A DNA stretch of 63,024 bases, counting the filler, from Atractiella rhizophila (taxonomy: Eukaryota): assembly GCA_021432655.1 (NCBI GenBank). It is 14 parts of 13 records of this genome, joined end to end, with 100 filler letters (N's around TTAATTAATTAA, not from the genome) between each part and the next. Parts side by side here need not be neighbours in the genome. Positions count along the whole stretch, not along the records: positions 44,246 to 49,448 come from MU272392.1; positions 49,549 to 54,738 come from MU272393.1; positions 54,839 to 60,024 come from MU272394.1; positions 60,125 to 61,396 come from MU272395.1; positions 61,497 to 63,024 come from MU272395.1; 9 more parts are not named here. One strand, written 5' to 3'. The translations under genes and the position numbers were made by a program. Position 1 is the stretch's first letter, and every line of letters starts with the position of its first letter. Positions 49,068 through 63,024 of the stretch are shown here, piece after piece. Below the pieces are notes generated by a model. The model was not told the origin of the DNA. It did no database searches and worked only from the letters and a program-made list of their open reading frames with translations.

Positions 49068-49548
49068 CGATGAATGAAAGTTGACGTACCAATGTGAACG
49101 ATGGACAGAAATTAGTACTTAATTCGCTCAATCCAAGGACTCTTCATTCTTTTCAATTCACGTATGCCTTGCATTGCGCAAAAGGGTAGTTTGTGTGCAT
49201 TGGACCGTTCTCTTCTCTTTCAGCTTCGACTCGGAACAGTCGATTTGTTGTGGAGGAAGACGGATGAGCATCGTCTCTTACTATATTAGCTGACTTCCAA
49301 TTGTTTTCAATGCATCGTTCACACGCATCTTTAAGGTCCCGACTGTAAAGATGGCACTACAGGAATATATGGACTGGGACGATGTGGGAGCGCATGAAAC
49401 GATACCTATGCACAATGCGACCGAAGAACGTCCACGATAATTTACACTNNNNNNNNNNNNNNNNNNNNNNNNNNNNNNNNNNNNNNNNNNNNTTAATTAA
49501 TTAANNNNNNNNNNNNNNNNNNNNNNNNNNNNNNNNNNNNNNNNNNNN

Positions 49549-52116
49549 CAACGAACTTCAGCATCCTCCATGGTAGCTACACCAGCCTCATCTTCGGCCT
49601 CAAACTCGGGGTGACTTCTTGTATGAGAACCGACAACAAACTGGGCTAATCTCTCATCAGCGGCTGGGTCGACTGTGTCTCTGACGACGCAAAGAACATC
49701 AAAACGCGAAAGGATAGGTTCTGTAAGCTCGACGTTCTGCGAGAATGGTATAGCAGGGTTGTATCGCCCTCGTATCGGATTGGCAGCTGCTACGACGGCG
49801 CATCGAGCTTGCAGAGAAGTGACGATTCCGGCCTTTGAAATAGAAATAGACTGTTGCTCCATGGCTTCATGGATTGACGTTCTTCGCCACATTTCAGTTC
49901 AGATAGCGCACAAGGCGTAAACGTACCTATCCGCATCGTTCATCTTATCGAACTCATCGATGAGGCAAACACCCCGATCAGCTAACACGAGAGCACCACC
50001 TTCCAACGTCCACTCCCTCGTCACCGGATCCTTCCTCACGCTCGCCGTCAAACCGACAGCACTCGCTCCTTGACCTGTAGCGAAAACGGCACGCATAGCA
50101 GTCTTTTCCGTAAACTTCAAGAACTGAGACTTCGCGGTCCCGGGATCCCCAAGAAGAAGAACATTAATATCTCCCCTAATTCTATGTTTACGGTTAATGT
50201 CCTTCGACACACCACCGAATAGTGAGAGAGCGATAGCAGTTTTGATGTCTTCGTGACCATAGATACTAGGAGCAATGCTCTTGATGATCCTCTTCTGAAT
50301 ACGCTCATCTTTGGCTAGCTGGCGAATTTGGCGTTCATCCTCTTCGGTGAGACGGAAGGATGCAAAAAGATCAGTCTTCTTATTGATGTGATTGGCTTCG
50401 AGAACAGTGGAGAAGACAGGGAAACCATTCTTGATATTCAAGGAGGAGTCGAAGAGGTTTCGGTAGATGCCAGTGATCTCGACTTCCTCTCCTGGTTTTG
50501 CAGTATCGATCAAATCCCAGAGCAAGAAGACCTCGCGATGTCGAGGGAGACGACCCGGAGGGACCGTGCCTGGGGACTCTTGTAAGGTCATCTTCTGAAA
50601 GTTTCGGTAGATCGTCTGCGCACACTGTCATTCTTGATCATAACAAGAGAAGTGGAGCAGATACCTGTTCGGAATTGACAGTAAATGGGCCCTTGCCTCC
50701 ACAGGACTGACAAAACTTGATCTTGATCTCCTCCACCCCATCCTGATAGAAAGGACCAAGGGTTTCGCCGCACTTGCCGCAATCAAACTTCACGTATTTG
50801 AGCTGAGGGAAGACACCCGTTCTTCTCGTCACTACGCCAGCAACTCGAACAAGGGCATCTAGGTGGACCTGCCTGAGATCTCTAAGGGTATACGAAGTAG
50901 GAAGCTCGGTAATCCTAACGTGCACCTCCGAATGGATGCGCTCATAAGATGGATAGTAAAGGAGAATTGCGTCTAGTGCCACTTCGTCGAATAATGGCAA
51001 GATCGAAGAAGGAGCGTTGGAAAGAAAATATGACAGGATAGGTTTAGTATCCATCAAGTGCGTAAAAGAGACTTCCAAGCTTTCGGAATTGGCTGTTATC
51101 CCGAAGTTAAGTCAACTCGCCTTTGGAGGGAGAGGGCTCACCTTCTCCTAAAGCTAAGATTCTTTGACCGTATACTGATTTACCAGCTTCATCGAGATAA
51201 GTCTGCAGAAAGTGCTTGAACTCCTTTTGAATCGTCCTAGCGACTACAGGTGTCTCAACCCATTCTCGCAATGAATTAGCCTTGATATCCGCCAGCTGTT
51301 CCACCGGCAGCTCCTGTTTTGTTCAGAGTGTCAGGCTGGCGCTGACCATTCCCCGACGGTAAGAGACACTGACATCTTCCCCTCCAACCTCGTCCATAGT
51401 CTCTGGGGCTTCGTCGTATCCCCGTCTCCTCCTCCTTCTCGTGAACAGCTCCTCCTCCTCTCCATCCGCCGCATCATCGTCACTCATCAGAAACGCTGGA
51501 GCGCGATTTCTTCGCCTCCGGCCAGCCGCGCTGCCTTCCCGCACATATCTCCCCTCCCTGCGATCTCGACGGTCCATCTTAGCATCCGCCAAAGCTCGCA
51601 TTGCTGGATCGAGAGCATCGAGGTCCGACGCGTCATCTATATTATCTTTCTCGTACGTGTCCAGACGACGGTTTGCAACATAATCGCTGTGTTGGGGGAC
51701 ATGTCAGTTTTTGGTCTTTGCTTGGTTTTTCTGAAGTGTCAATAGGGGTAAATCTCAAGTGCAGCAGTAGAGGTTGTAGTGACGGGCAAATGAACATCTT
51801 CTCAAACCCTCCCACGTTGCTCGAAGGGAAGAAAGAGAACGTACTCCATCATCTGGTCACCAAACAGATCTTCTCCTTCACCTTCGCTTCCATCGCTTAC
51901 AGCACCCTCATCACCTGTTATGACGCCATCACTCTGTACTTGCTCATCCTCAGAGCGCATAGAAGGAGGCGGAGAAGACGGTGGAAGGCCAGAGCTGGAC
52001 GGAAGTTGGTCCTCTGGCTCTTCTTCAGATGAGGAGTCCGGTCGCCGCCTTTTTCCTGTACTTAATCCAGCCAAAGGGTGAGTAGGCGATCTCCTGGCGC
52101 GTGGAGAGGTGGCCAT
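49549..52116 (-). CDS. MCM2: DNA replication licensing factor MCM2, 3' truncated
   Basis: Acidic N-terminus, [65 protein letters not shown]. Confidence 0.98.
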
Positions 52117-52171
52117 GCTGAAGTTATTGAGTAGGTGAAGGGTGGTGAGGGCTAAAGTGGTCGTTTATGAG

Positions 52172-52187
52172 ACGCGTTCCGACGCGA
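52172..52187. promoter_or_regulatory. Tandem MCB (MluI cell-cycle box) elements
   Basis: ACGCGT and ACGCGA about 55-70 nt upstream of the MCM2 ATG, as expected for a G1/S gene. Confidence 0.7.
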
Positions 52188-52276
52188 CTGTAGCTTCGGT
52201 GCCGCACAAAATGACAGATTCACTGTTTTTCAACTCAGAGCACCCATAATCATAATACGTTTCAAAAAAAAAAAAT

Positions 52277-54178
52277 CTATTCTGGATTCCGAGGTTCAGT
52301 GGCTACTCCCCCCACGCTCTTTCTTGGAGAATCTCCTCCCACCCATTCCCAAACAGCAACATTCTCCCCTTTGTGCGTCCTCCTGGTTGCCCTCACGTTA
52401 CTGTTCGCAGCGACCTTTTTCTCCACCTTAGCCCATACTCGCTTCCGCTCCACTGGAGGATATTCGTCCATCAGACTATCCCTTAAATAGACAGGGACAA
52501 CATAATCGTAGGGGTGAGAAACAGGGTCTATTCGGTTCATCAAGGCCTGTTTGTCTCATTAGCTATCTCGTTGGTGGAGGGGAGGATTGCGTACATTGTC
52601 TCGCACCGTATCAATGGCTTGTTGGTATAGCTCCCTGGCAAGAAGTGGTTCGGAGCGCCAGCTCTTCCATAAGCCGCGCAATTTGAAGAGTTGGTACGCG
52701 GCAGTTGCGATAACTAGGATACAAACTCAGTCTCTAGCTCTAGCACGATCGAATACAGCAGCATATAGAGGGACTGAAAGCAAAGAGAAGACAAACCAAT
52801 GATCCATATCTTGTTTCTCCAAAGCCACTCAAAAGTCCTCAAGCGAATCCAGCACTTCCATCCCAACTCCTCAGTCGTGCTCGCAATCCAATCCCCCTTT
52901 ACGATACACTGTGGATCTGCCTCCAGCTCTCTACGAATCATACTCCAGAGTGTGGCCTCATCGTCCACTTCCCCCACCCATTCTCGAACGGTGTTCCAGT
53001 CAACCCCCATCTCCCTCTCGCGATCTTTATCACCCCACCACCTCCTCTGATTGCAAAGAACCTCGCCTCGTTTTCTCCTCAACCTCCCTTTAATCTCAGC
53101 CACCAACTCCACCACAAACTGAAGCGCCTCCGTATCTGCTATGCATGCAGGAACTATGCCCAACGGCGGAATAGGAGGTAAAAAACCGCCAAATTGCAAG
53201 GCGTGCGGTAGTAGGACGAAAGCATCGGCTGACGCAGACGTATTACAACCTGTGATCTCTCCTCCTGTACATGTTGCGCGTGGAGGACAAGGATAGCATC
53301 CTGGTCGGGGAAAGAGGGTGGAAGGTGGTCGATGGTGCATAAGCAAATTGTAAGAAGATGACGGGTCGCAGAATCCAATCCGTTGTTTCTCCCAAGTCCA
53401 GAGGATAGTCCACACGATCAGGATGAGAGCTGCGACTGATAGCAGAGCAGAACGAACGCGCATCCCCAAGGTCTCCTCTTCAGTGCTCTTCAAAATGGAC
53501 AGAACGGGAGGCTTTGAAGGAGGACCGTTCCAGCCTTCCTCGCTGAGGGAGGGAGAAGCTTGAGGGGATGCAAATGCGCGTTGAAATCTTGCCGGCGTAG
53601 AAGCTTGCATTCGCGCTTTCTTGACACTATAAAAGAAGATTTCGTCCAGATTCGACTGTTCTTCTTTTTCTCTAGAGGGGGGAGTTCTTCTCCGGCGACT
53701 CTCAGACCTGGGCAAAGAAAAATAGCTAGGAGTGCGAGGAGTGGACGGTTCAGCAGATGTAACAGTTGGGGACCAAGTTGCATGTCCCGGAAAGGTTTGA
53801 ACTCTGCTAGATCCTACGGGTGACGTCGTAGCAGGAGATTGTTTGGACCAAGACGAGGGAAGTTTTGATGGTGAGGACGCTCGAGGGCGCTTCTTAGCTC
53901 CCGTCTTACTCTCTGATGTTCGAGGGGGCGATTGGAAGGGATTGTAAGAGCTGAAAGAGCTTTCGCCGTCATCCTCCAACGAGAGGTAATCTGACTGATT
54001 CCGACGTCAGTATAAACTATTGATATCTCAACTCTTACTGCATGTCCAGCTCCTCTAGAAGAACGTGAGACATCTTCTTCTTGCGATGGGGCATGTATTG
54101 ACTGCATGACTGAGGTTAGCAAGCGCAATACATGATTATAATTCAAACACATACTGATCGTGCCTTTCTTGGAGGCAT
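52277..54178 (-). CDS. Man1/Src1/Heh1-family inner nuclear membrane protein; start uncertain
   Basis: Ser/Pro-rich N-region, TM, IGFCD, CYPCPPRATC, CIAD, second TM, C-terminal LRD..VWAKVEKKVAANSNVR..GENVAVWEWVG. Confidence 0.85.
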
Positions 54179-54838
54179 TCCACTTTGTCTAGTGTAAGGA
54201 AATAGGTCGGGGTACACTAGATGTATTTTATCAGAAGGGCAATCATGCAATGCCTGCAAAGAAGTGAATGGAGAGTGCTGAGGGTTCAAGTTGTTTTGGC
54301 AGACAAAGTAGAAGCAAGCAGAGCGTATGGACCACAAAACGCGACTTAGACGACCAGCCATGCTCGGCACTTTGACTCTGCCATGGAAGTACAATATGAC
54401 AATAAGGACTCCGCGTTAGGACTAAAGCAAAACTCTTTGTGCATCCATTTTGAGAATGAAAGAGTCATCCGTTATCGCTAAAGCATGAGCAGAAGCTCAA
54501 CCTCGCGCAACATGAGCAATATCGAGAAGAAAATGGCATACCTTAACTCGTACGTGAAGAAAGATACGGTGATACCTTCGGTTCTCGCTGGAAGCTCCTT
54601 TGTGAAGTGTCAAGTCAGGGTTCAAACCTTAAACAAAGGGTAACAAGGTGCTCGATTAAAGTTAGTCACTGGACTTGAATAGCGAATGTTAGTCATACAT
54701 TTTAGTCATGCATTAATCAATAATGTAGAGCTACGTTGNNNNNNNNNNNNNNNNNNNNNNNNNNNNNNNNNNNNNNNNNNNNTTAATTAATTAANNNNNN
54801 NNNNNNNNNNNNNNNNNNNNNNNNNNNNNNNNNNNNNN

Positions 54839-56117
54839 TCCCGTTCATGTGGTCCGGCGCGCAGGTATGGAGGTTTCAGCGTGTCCCTTACGCCTGCATT
54901 CTCAGTGCCGCGACTTCTTTACATACAGCATTATGGAGGATATCTCGCGATTGCAAATATCAGAGGAGGGGATGAATTCGGAGAAGAGTGGGTCCTGGCC
55001 TTCTTCATCCTCTCGGGAGCGACTAAAAGTAGAACAGGTGGCATGAAGCAGGTATGAAGAACAAGTGCGTTCCGTCTTTGATCTACGATCTATACCATTC
55101 ATCGTAGGAAATAGGAAGCAAAATGTGTTTGACGACTTTATGGCCTGTGCTGAATTCTTGCAAAAGGAATATAACGTCTCCCCTTCTCGAACTGCTATTC
55201 ATGGGGGTAAGCTCCATCTCAGCTTAACCTGCAACTGCCAGAATGAAACATAACGTGCGAATGAGTACAGGGTCGAATGGCGGTTCGCTCACTTTCGCTG
55301 AATATGAGGAAAGATGAGAGAATCGCAATGCAGGACTGCTGACTATGGCTTGCGCCAATCAACGTCCGGAGCTCTATGGATCCGTCTTGTCAGAAGTACA
55401 CCTCCTCTTCTCACACTCAAATCTATCGTTGATGCAATGGCTGAGCTATAGGTCGGCGTGCATGACATGCTTAAAGTAATTTGCCTCCGCTCACTTGCAT
55501 CTTATTGTTAGAACTAATACGACGCAATAGTTTCACAAATTTACAATTGGGCATTTCTGGAGAGATGAATACGGCTGTTCTGAGGACCCAGACGATTTCG
55601 ACAATCTGATCAAGTCAGATTTTTCTCTCTTCATATTATTTTCACCTGAAAGGTTTATTGGGAAGGTATTCCCCACTTCACAACGTGAATAAAGAGCAGG
55701 TTTACCCCTCCATCCTCATAACGACCGCAGACCATGATGACCGGGTGGTCCCTGCACATTCCCTCAAAATGGTTGGTCCTATTTCCTTCAGCAGACGATG
55801 GTTGATTACATTGGATGCAGATATCGACGCTTCAGCACGACCGTGCTGCGAATCCGGTAACATTTCACCGTTGCAGCTCTTATTTTCACCATCACTCATT
55901 GACTCTTCATAATAAATTAGAATCCCCTCCTCGTTCGACTCGAATTGTCGGCGGGGCACGGTGCTGGAAAGCCCACAGAAAAGGTTATACAAGAAGCTTT
56001 GGACAAGTATACCTTCTTGGTTCGTCTTATCCTCTGCGACTTCTCTCACTAATCTGAAATGTGAAGGCTCACACTCTCCAGAGGAAGTGGATAGAAGTAT
56101 CTTCTAACAAGCAATAA
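54839..56117 (+). CDS. Prolyl oligopeptidase (S9A) catalytic domain, 5' truncated
   Basis: [30 protein letters not shown] split by introns, [41 protein letters not shown]. Confidence 0.95.
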
Positions 56118-56298
56118 CAACTTGCTTTTACCTTATAGAAATGTCAGGCAATTATTTACTGTGACAAACGAAGGTCAAAAGACATGTTAAATTGTCACAT
56201 CAAACCCGCATCTACTGAACGTGTTTGATAACTTGGTGCAGCATTTCCTCAGAATATCACATAAGACCATGTACAATTTCCCAAACGTCGTAAATTCA

Positions 56299-58831
56299 TC
56301 ATAGCTCCAATACATCAACATCCTGCAGGTCGTTTACACCACAACGGCCTCGCCGGTCCTCCTCAGAGCAACCTTGCGCTTCTGCTTGGACGCTTTCACC
56401 GGATTAGGCGCGCTGAACACCTAGACCGCAACACCAATTAACAATTACACTGTTTGAGTTAACTAGTCCTACCTCGTCGAGCTCTTCAAGCGTGCGTCCT
56501 ACAGTCTCAACGGCAATGAAGTACCAAATGGTCGCTGCAATGCAATCCCTACAATCATGTTCAGACAGGTGGCAAAGAAGGCGGAACACGCACCATCCAA
56601 CGTAGACAATGACGTATCTCCAACCTAATGGAATAGTTAGCACTATCGTCATGAAATGGGAGGAACTATGTACCGATATTTTCCAACCCGATAGGTGTGC
56701 AATACAAGCTGATGAAAGCAACGCAAGAGACGACGACAATCTAATGCAACAATTAGCCTGTCCAAAACAAACCTTCTCACACACCTTCGCAGCGACACCC
56801 TTCGCTCTGATTCCATTTTCCAAGCATTCGGCTGGATAGAGAGACTGAAGTGGCGTGTAGGTGAACGCATATGAGATCTGGAAGAAGTAGAAGAAGGCAG
56901 CTCCCAGTGAGCCAAGCGGTTTACTCGTTGAGTGGGACGCTTCGAATCGAGCTCCTGCAGCAACATATGCTGCGAGACAAACCGCACAAGCAAAGGTACC
57001 AAGAGGTAACACTCTTCTGCGAGGCATTCGATCTGCGAGGAGGGAGCCGGTAACGGAGGCAAGGGCAGAGAGGCAGCTGCCTCCCAAGTTCATGGCAAAG
57101 CGCTCAGTGTAACCATACCTGTATAGCTGTACCATAAGCGAGCGGCGGATGAAAATGAAGATTTCAGGACGAACCCAAGTGTTTCGTAAATATTCAATTG
57201 GAAGTAGCCCACTATCCTTTTATTAGTCAAGTTTCGACAGATCACAAGCAGCAACCTGTTGTGGACCTCATCACCTTCCATCTGACATGAAGCCTGCCAT
57301 CGACTTACCATTGCGAATCTCCATCTTGCATTCTTTGTTGCGACCAATGGACGAACATCCCACCATCTCTTATCAGCAGCATCTTGCTTGATGTTCTCGT
57401 GGAACTCTTCAATCTCAAGCTTCACAAGAGGGTGGTTAGGGTCTCCATTGCCGTGATACTTGACAAGGAAATCAATCGCTTCTTGCTGCCGACCGTTCGC
57501 GTAGAGCCATCGCGGAGACTGTCACCGACATTATTGAGCTAGGTTTGCGAGAAACGAAGGGAAACGGACCTCGGGTAGGAGTAAACAAGTGCATATCACT
57601 AAATATGCCGTCGTCACCACCGGCTCAAATCTGAGGTGAAGGTACATACCCAATGTAGCTGGCACTGCTTGTAAAATCAACGGGACCCTCCAGCTCCAGG
57701 TGGAATTGACGAAGGATGTCCCAAAAGTGATCTTGAATTATCCGGCATCCATCAGTTTGAACTTTCTGTTAAAATAAAGTGTTAACTTACAGCAGCAGCC
57801 TAGGTCCGGTCGAGTTAATATCTTCTCAGCGTGAAAGAGTTCGAAGACTTACAGGGATGGCTCCTCCATTCCATCCACTGTTATACAAGCCTGTTATTTT
57901 TCCTCGCCAATGTGGTGGTGAGACCTACAAGAGTTCTCGTGTGTGAATACATCTACGGAGAACAGAACAAACAGTATTACCTCAATGCAAAAGGTAGGGG
58001 CAGCGACAATAGCGAGAGCGATTCCGAAACCGAGAACAAATCTGCCAGCGATAAATTGCTCCTTGCTATGGGAGGAAGAGATGATAGCTGCTCCGACAAT
58101 GATGGTCTATGCACAGGTCACATGTTTAGTTCTTCAAGCAAAGCTTGATCAGGAAATACACATACACAAGCACCCGCCAACATTCCGTATCGGCGCCCCC
58201 AACGATCAGATATGGGACCAGCAAGAGTCAGAGCGCCAGAAAGTTGTCCACTTTACCATTAGCTTGATTTAGAAGGAGAACAAGTAGAAAAAAGAGAACA
58301 ACGGACATTGTGTAAATGCTGAAGATGATGCCAGTCGACTTGTTTAAAGAGCCTCCACCAGGTGTAATTTCTGTGTGCTCAAGGTGAGAGAGTTTACGTG
58401 GTTAAGATGCGTGGAAAACGAACCTTGTTGATAATGCTTCATACCGTTGATGGCCGTCATAAGGGAACCTGGTCATACTTCTCAGAGTAGGGTGAAGAAG
58501 CCAAATGACAACTCACCGTCATATCCGCTGGTGCACGAGCAGAGAAAGGAGACAGCAGAGCAGGCATAGATAGTGAAAGCTGCTTTGCTCCATCGCGGAA
58601 GCTTTGCGCCTTCGAGCAAGGCCTGAGCATAGGCAGCTAAAAGCAACAAACGACTTAATCCACGCTCAAAGGAGTTAATGGAAGCTGCGCACCATTTCCT
58701 GCTTCTTCGACCCTTACAACTTCAGCTTCCGGAAGCACAGCGTCGTCATATTTCAGATCTTGCGAGAATTTCTCGTCGGATCCAGAGCTGAGAGAGGCGT
58801 GGCTGGAAACAGGTGTCTTGACGGTCGCCAT
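56299..58831 (-). CDS. MFS sugar porter, lactose permease / cellodextrin transporter-like
   Basis: SCTSGYDG, AGPISDRWGRR, GRFVLGFG, PPHWRG..GLYN, SWRVPLILQ, PE|SPRWL, YTPLQSLYPAECL..RAKG, VETVGRTLEELDE; many short introns. Confidence 0.93.
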
Positions 58832-61800
58832 GTCTGAAGATCTCAAGCGGGCGAGCAACCTTCAAAAGCTGCCCCAGCACTTCGCTCTTTTTATACCTCC
58901 AAATGATTCCCTGCTGATGTCGATGTGGACACCTATTGGGGTAATTTCAAAGAGCAGGTTTGAAACCTTGGATAAATTCCCCCCCCACGCCAAGTCGGAG
59001 TCTGCGATCCAGAAATTGGATTGCGGGGAGGAGCTTGCCAAGAATGCTTGCTCTCCCATGAAGCTGGGACAAGGTACGGCGTCTGTGCCGATTTGAAAGT
59101 GTGCACTGACCTGTCATCTCGTCCGAACGAGTAGAAGTGAAAGACACAGGACGCCGGGAGCACGTAAGACGTTGAGCTAAGCTCGCGAAATGCGAACAAA
59201 CTCCTAACTAATGCGAAGAAGTCGGAGCACGATCACACAAGCAAAGGTGTGGCGCGGCTAGCGGTCCGAAGCAATATTAAGTGATCAAGAGACTTGTGAG
59301 GCATAAATTTTCTGCAAATAGGGGAGATACGAGATACAGCGTGGACGAGTGGAGGGCAAGGTGTATTGCATCGATAGTTAACGACAGCCTGAGGTGGGGA
59401 GCGACCAGAGGAACGTGAAATGAAAAGGAGGTTGTTCGTAGAGAAAGGAAGTGCGAGGGCAGATGCGGTGGAGGCAAGCAACAGTCGAGAAAGGCAGCAC
59501 TGGGCGGATTGTTTCATGGGGATGATTGTACTATGGTAAACTTTCGCTGTTTGTTAGAGCTTTCGCCGCTAGAAAGAAGAATACTAACTGTGCAATCCGT
59601 TTCAGTATAATTGCATAAACTCCACAGTAAGAAGGGCTCATAATCGTCACTCAATACATACGCTGAATAATTCTTGACAAGATTTGACTCGGGTTTCCAC
59701 ATCGAAGGTCTAGCCACTTCTTCTAATCGCAACCTTCCTCTTCATCTTGGATGCCTTGACAGGATTTGGAGCGTTGAAGACCTAGACAAAGTTTCATGAG
59801 CAAGCAGTCTTCAGTGCAACCTTCAAAGCCGAAGCACTCACCTCCTCGAGTTCCTCTAAAGTCCTTCCAACCTGAGACAACGCATAGTGTGAGACAAGTC
59901 CACAACATTAGAACTGAAGGCTTCACCGTCTGGCAACTCTGTCAGTCATTTGCCGTGACAATGAAAACTGAGAACATACCTCAACCGCAATCAAGTACCA
60001 TACAGCCGCTTCAAATACGTCCCTNNNNNNNNNNNNNNNNNNNNNNNNNNNNNNNNNNNNNNNNNNNNTTAATTAATTAANNNNNNNNNNNNNNNNNNNN
60101 NNNNNNNNNNNNNNNNNNNNNNNNGAGTGCCTCGAGAAACACGCTAGAAAGCGGGTGATTAGGAGAGTCTTGTTCATACCGGCGTACGAAAGCACTTGGA
60201 GACTGTCTGCACTGTGCAGGTGCCTTGGACATTATATTGATGTTGAATCCTCTTAGGAAGCAATCATATCGATACGAAAGATGTAGACCAAATACTTTAC
60301 AAACATGAATGCCCAACAGGGCCAAATGGAACCCAACCTACTAGTAATTTGTAAGGATTATTTTATGAATCCACGTCGATTGTCACAGCTGTCTATAAAA
60401 TGTGTCCTCCAGCCCACTTCTTTTGACTGTACGCGCGCCAACACTTAGGTTCAAGCTATTTATCACTGTTTTATCGTTAAAAGTGCCATTTTACTCAGCG
60501 TCGATTCCCTCTCTTCGTGGTCAAACAATGGCAGTCTGACAGGAACAGGCAAGGGGTTGCAAAAAGGGATGTATTCACTCTAGCACCCTAATTATATGAT
60601 GTAAATTGAACGTATTGTTTACCCTCCCATCCAACCTGCTGTGTGGGCGGAGTTGACGGAAGCAACTCTTCCCATTTTTGATTGACATCTAGGTTATAAG
60701 TGAGAGAGTTGTCTAATTACTTCCTCTAGATTCATTAATATCCGCATATGAGCGCTAAACCGACATTTGGATATATCCAGCGACGAAGATATCAACCACT
60801 TATGTCACTTTAAGTAGCATCTTACCTACTGCTTGGCGACAGTTCCCTTTCATGCCTCAATACCTAGTTAACATCTTTCAAACACTTCCTATCCTTGTCT
60901 GCGTTTACGGACGCTTCCTCGTGCATCCCTAGAGGTGAGGGCGCTCATATTGTTTCTTTCACACCACGTATGATGCTCATTTGGGACGTTTTAGGTACCT
61001 CCCCAACGATAAGAGCATGAGGATGAAAGAAATGCAGCCTGTGTTCAGTCGCAAAGCGTTTAGATGGAATGGTACAGCAACTGGGAGGAATAGACATTTG
61101 GTGGACGTTTCATACTCTCGATATGCTTGACATCGGACAATGCATGTCAATTCTGATCAGCATCTCTGAAAACTTTCGGTGGCTCTTTCAGATGCGTAAT
61201 TCTCCCGGATTGTGCATAGGGCAAGGCAGACCTACAGGTTCGCGTCTAGTAGTTTATGATTTTTGTGCACTATCGCTGTTACAACATTTGGGTTGTGAAT
61301 GAAATCGAGAAGGAGCGTACTGACGAAAGTACTAATTGCAAGATGAACGAAAGACTTCTGCAACAAAAAAGTTGACAACTTAGGTTTCCTTCAACANNNN
61401 NNNNNNNNNNNNNNNNNNNNNNNNNNNNNNNNNNNNNNNNTTAATTAATTAANNNNNNNNNNNNNNNNNNNNNNNNNNNNNNNNNNNNNNNNNNNNTCGG
61501 AGAACGAGCCGAGGCCTACTGTCGTGACCCTGTTAGATCGGTGCTCTCGTGAGATGAACAAAAACATGAACTGCAGTTGACCTGGAAGAAGGCGGGACGT
61601 GACACTCTCGTGCGACATAACAAGCATCACAGCTTCCCAAGTAAGACGGAGTCTCATTCAAGCAGCGGTATCACGAATGCTAGGCTGAACACATCTGAAA
61701 TGAATGTTGAAAGCATTTAATGACTCTACCGCGACAAGTCTATTACGAGGCTACGTTTGCATCAGCCTGCAGACTTTGGATGGGTTGGGCTGTGGAACGC

Positions 61801-63024
61801 CTGGTTTTTGCGCCGGCCGAATCTACATAGACATAGACGTGCTCACACTCACACAGGCCACTGGATGACAAACCAAGGCAAAGGGGAGTTCCCATGAAGG
61901 ACAACACACGTGAGTACCCAGAAAATGAAGATGGACTTCTGAAGACTGTTTCACTCTGCCTACCTCATGCTTCCTCTCGGATCCAGCCCAACTCTTCCTC
62001 AAAGGCAGTCTCTTCTCTTCTACAATCGGAATGCCCGAAAGTTTGGTTCAGGTCTCTCACAGCGAGGTTTAGTTACTAAAGGCTAACTAGAGAACGCTAC
62101 AACTAGCGCGCTTTTGCCAGACTTCTGATCAGTGGAAGACTGGGTCAAAGATTTGTCGCAAGGGTATTGGAGGTAGAAGCTTGGGTACTTACTGTAAGCT
62201 TTTTTCTTTTTGGAGATTGCGCAGGGCTCGTCTAAACTCAGAGTTGTAAAACCAACTTGGACTCGAGCGATTGATTTTAGCCGTGAGCTCTTAGAGCATC
62301 TGTAGGTAAATACAGTAGCTAAGGGAGAAAGCAAAATCCACAGCAGCAGACCGGACCGGGATGACGGAATGAAATATTTCTCGGATTACTGGTGGCACCG
62401 AAAAATGCCATCCAACCGACAAGCGACATTCCTCTGCGTGGTTGACTGCGCTGATGCGTGAAGTTAAACTGTTCTGACAATAATCAGACACCGGCGTGAA
62501 AATAGGAACAGCTCGAAGAGCACGAATTAACACTCGGATTCAGAGACAGGGTTGAAAGTAGCAATGCTGATTCGGTGGACACTGTGTCTTCCCAGATTTC
62601 ATTCTGGTCTTCCTGATACATAAAGATACCATCCAGAATATCTGGATAAACCTGCCCTTTCGAATTTGAATTTGAGGGTTGAGCGTTTCTCTTCCAAGCC
62701 CAAGTTTGCAGCCAGAGGCCAAACCTTATTTCGCTCCGTGGCACGGGATGTTGAGTCGGTTTGAACAACCTCAAAATCTTCCTTTTATTCCTTTCATTTC
62801 ATTCAAACCGTAGTGTCATGATATCGACATCCTTGCAGGTGAAGAATGTTCAGGAGTTGTTGGAAATTGGGGTTACACCAAGGCATCCGCTGACAAAAGT
62901 GAGCATTGTTGTTTGGAATGTGCAGGATCTCGCAGGCTCTGGTGTGCGCAAGGGGATGACAACAGTATTAGCCGGCGGCAAGACACTCTTTCTCCGAAGG
63001 GGGACAAGGGGGACAATTGAGTCG

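Noticed and set aside
54839..56117. POPB-type macrocyclase / MSDIN RiPP cluster
   Set aside because: No precursor peptide is seen and the neighbour is a sugar porter; a housekeeping POP is simpler.
57810..58290. Plus-strand ORFs suggesting an insertion in the transporter
   Set aside because: The minus strand encodes the expected transporter exons; these are shadow ORFs.
5329..61496. Regularly spaced TTAATTAATTAA palindromes
   Set aside because: Artificial spacers inside N runs. Cross-contig gene clusters and ORFs ending in X..N are artefacts.
60125..63024. Short ORFs in the last two contigs, and similar ones at 5.4-7.3 kb
   Set aside because: No recognisable motifs or consistent exon chains.

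Overview
This is fungal nuclear DNA, not prokaryotic. Introns are short (about 43-70 nt, GT-AG, CTAAC/CTGAC branch points), and the gene families suggest a basidiomycete (inference). The window is not one locus. It is 14 contigs joined by identical 100-nt artificial spacers (N44-TTAATTAATTAA-N44), so adjacency across spacers is mostly meaningless. Recognisable genes: DUF4188-type monooxygenase, secreted GH37 trehalase, patatin-like fragment, Zn2Cys6 transcription factor, MP88-like mannoprotein, UBA2, a divergent TOR N-terminus, an RCR-like membrane protein, a small secreted Cys-rich protein, MCM2, Src1/Man1, prolyl oligopeptidase and a Lac12/CDT-like sugar porter. Transposon material includes a Copia with an uninterrupted ORF, LTR and PBS, Copia remnants, a Helitron with mini-Helitrons, a LINE ORF1 remnant and MITE-like hairpins. 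The most striking unexplained structure is at 23.6-27.9 kb. A spliced PD-(D/E)xK nuclease-like gene sits head-to-head, and possibly overlapping, with a distant paralogue that shares two intron positions but lacks the catalytic residues. A decayed tandem copy of that partner follows. This is a candidate toxin/antidote-like or allorecognition module. Also notable are a 1325-nt intron splitting a Zn2Cys6 cluster, Helitron 3' hairpins with compensatory stem changes, tRNA-like repeats beside the Helitron, and a Tyr/Lys-rich repeat protein. All family assignments come from motif recognition by eye; no searches were run.
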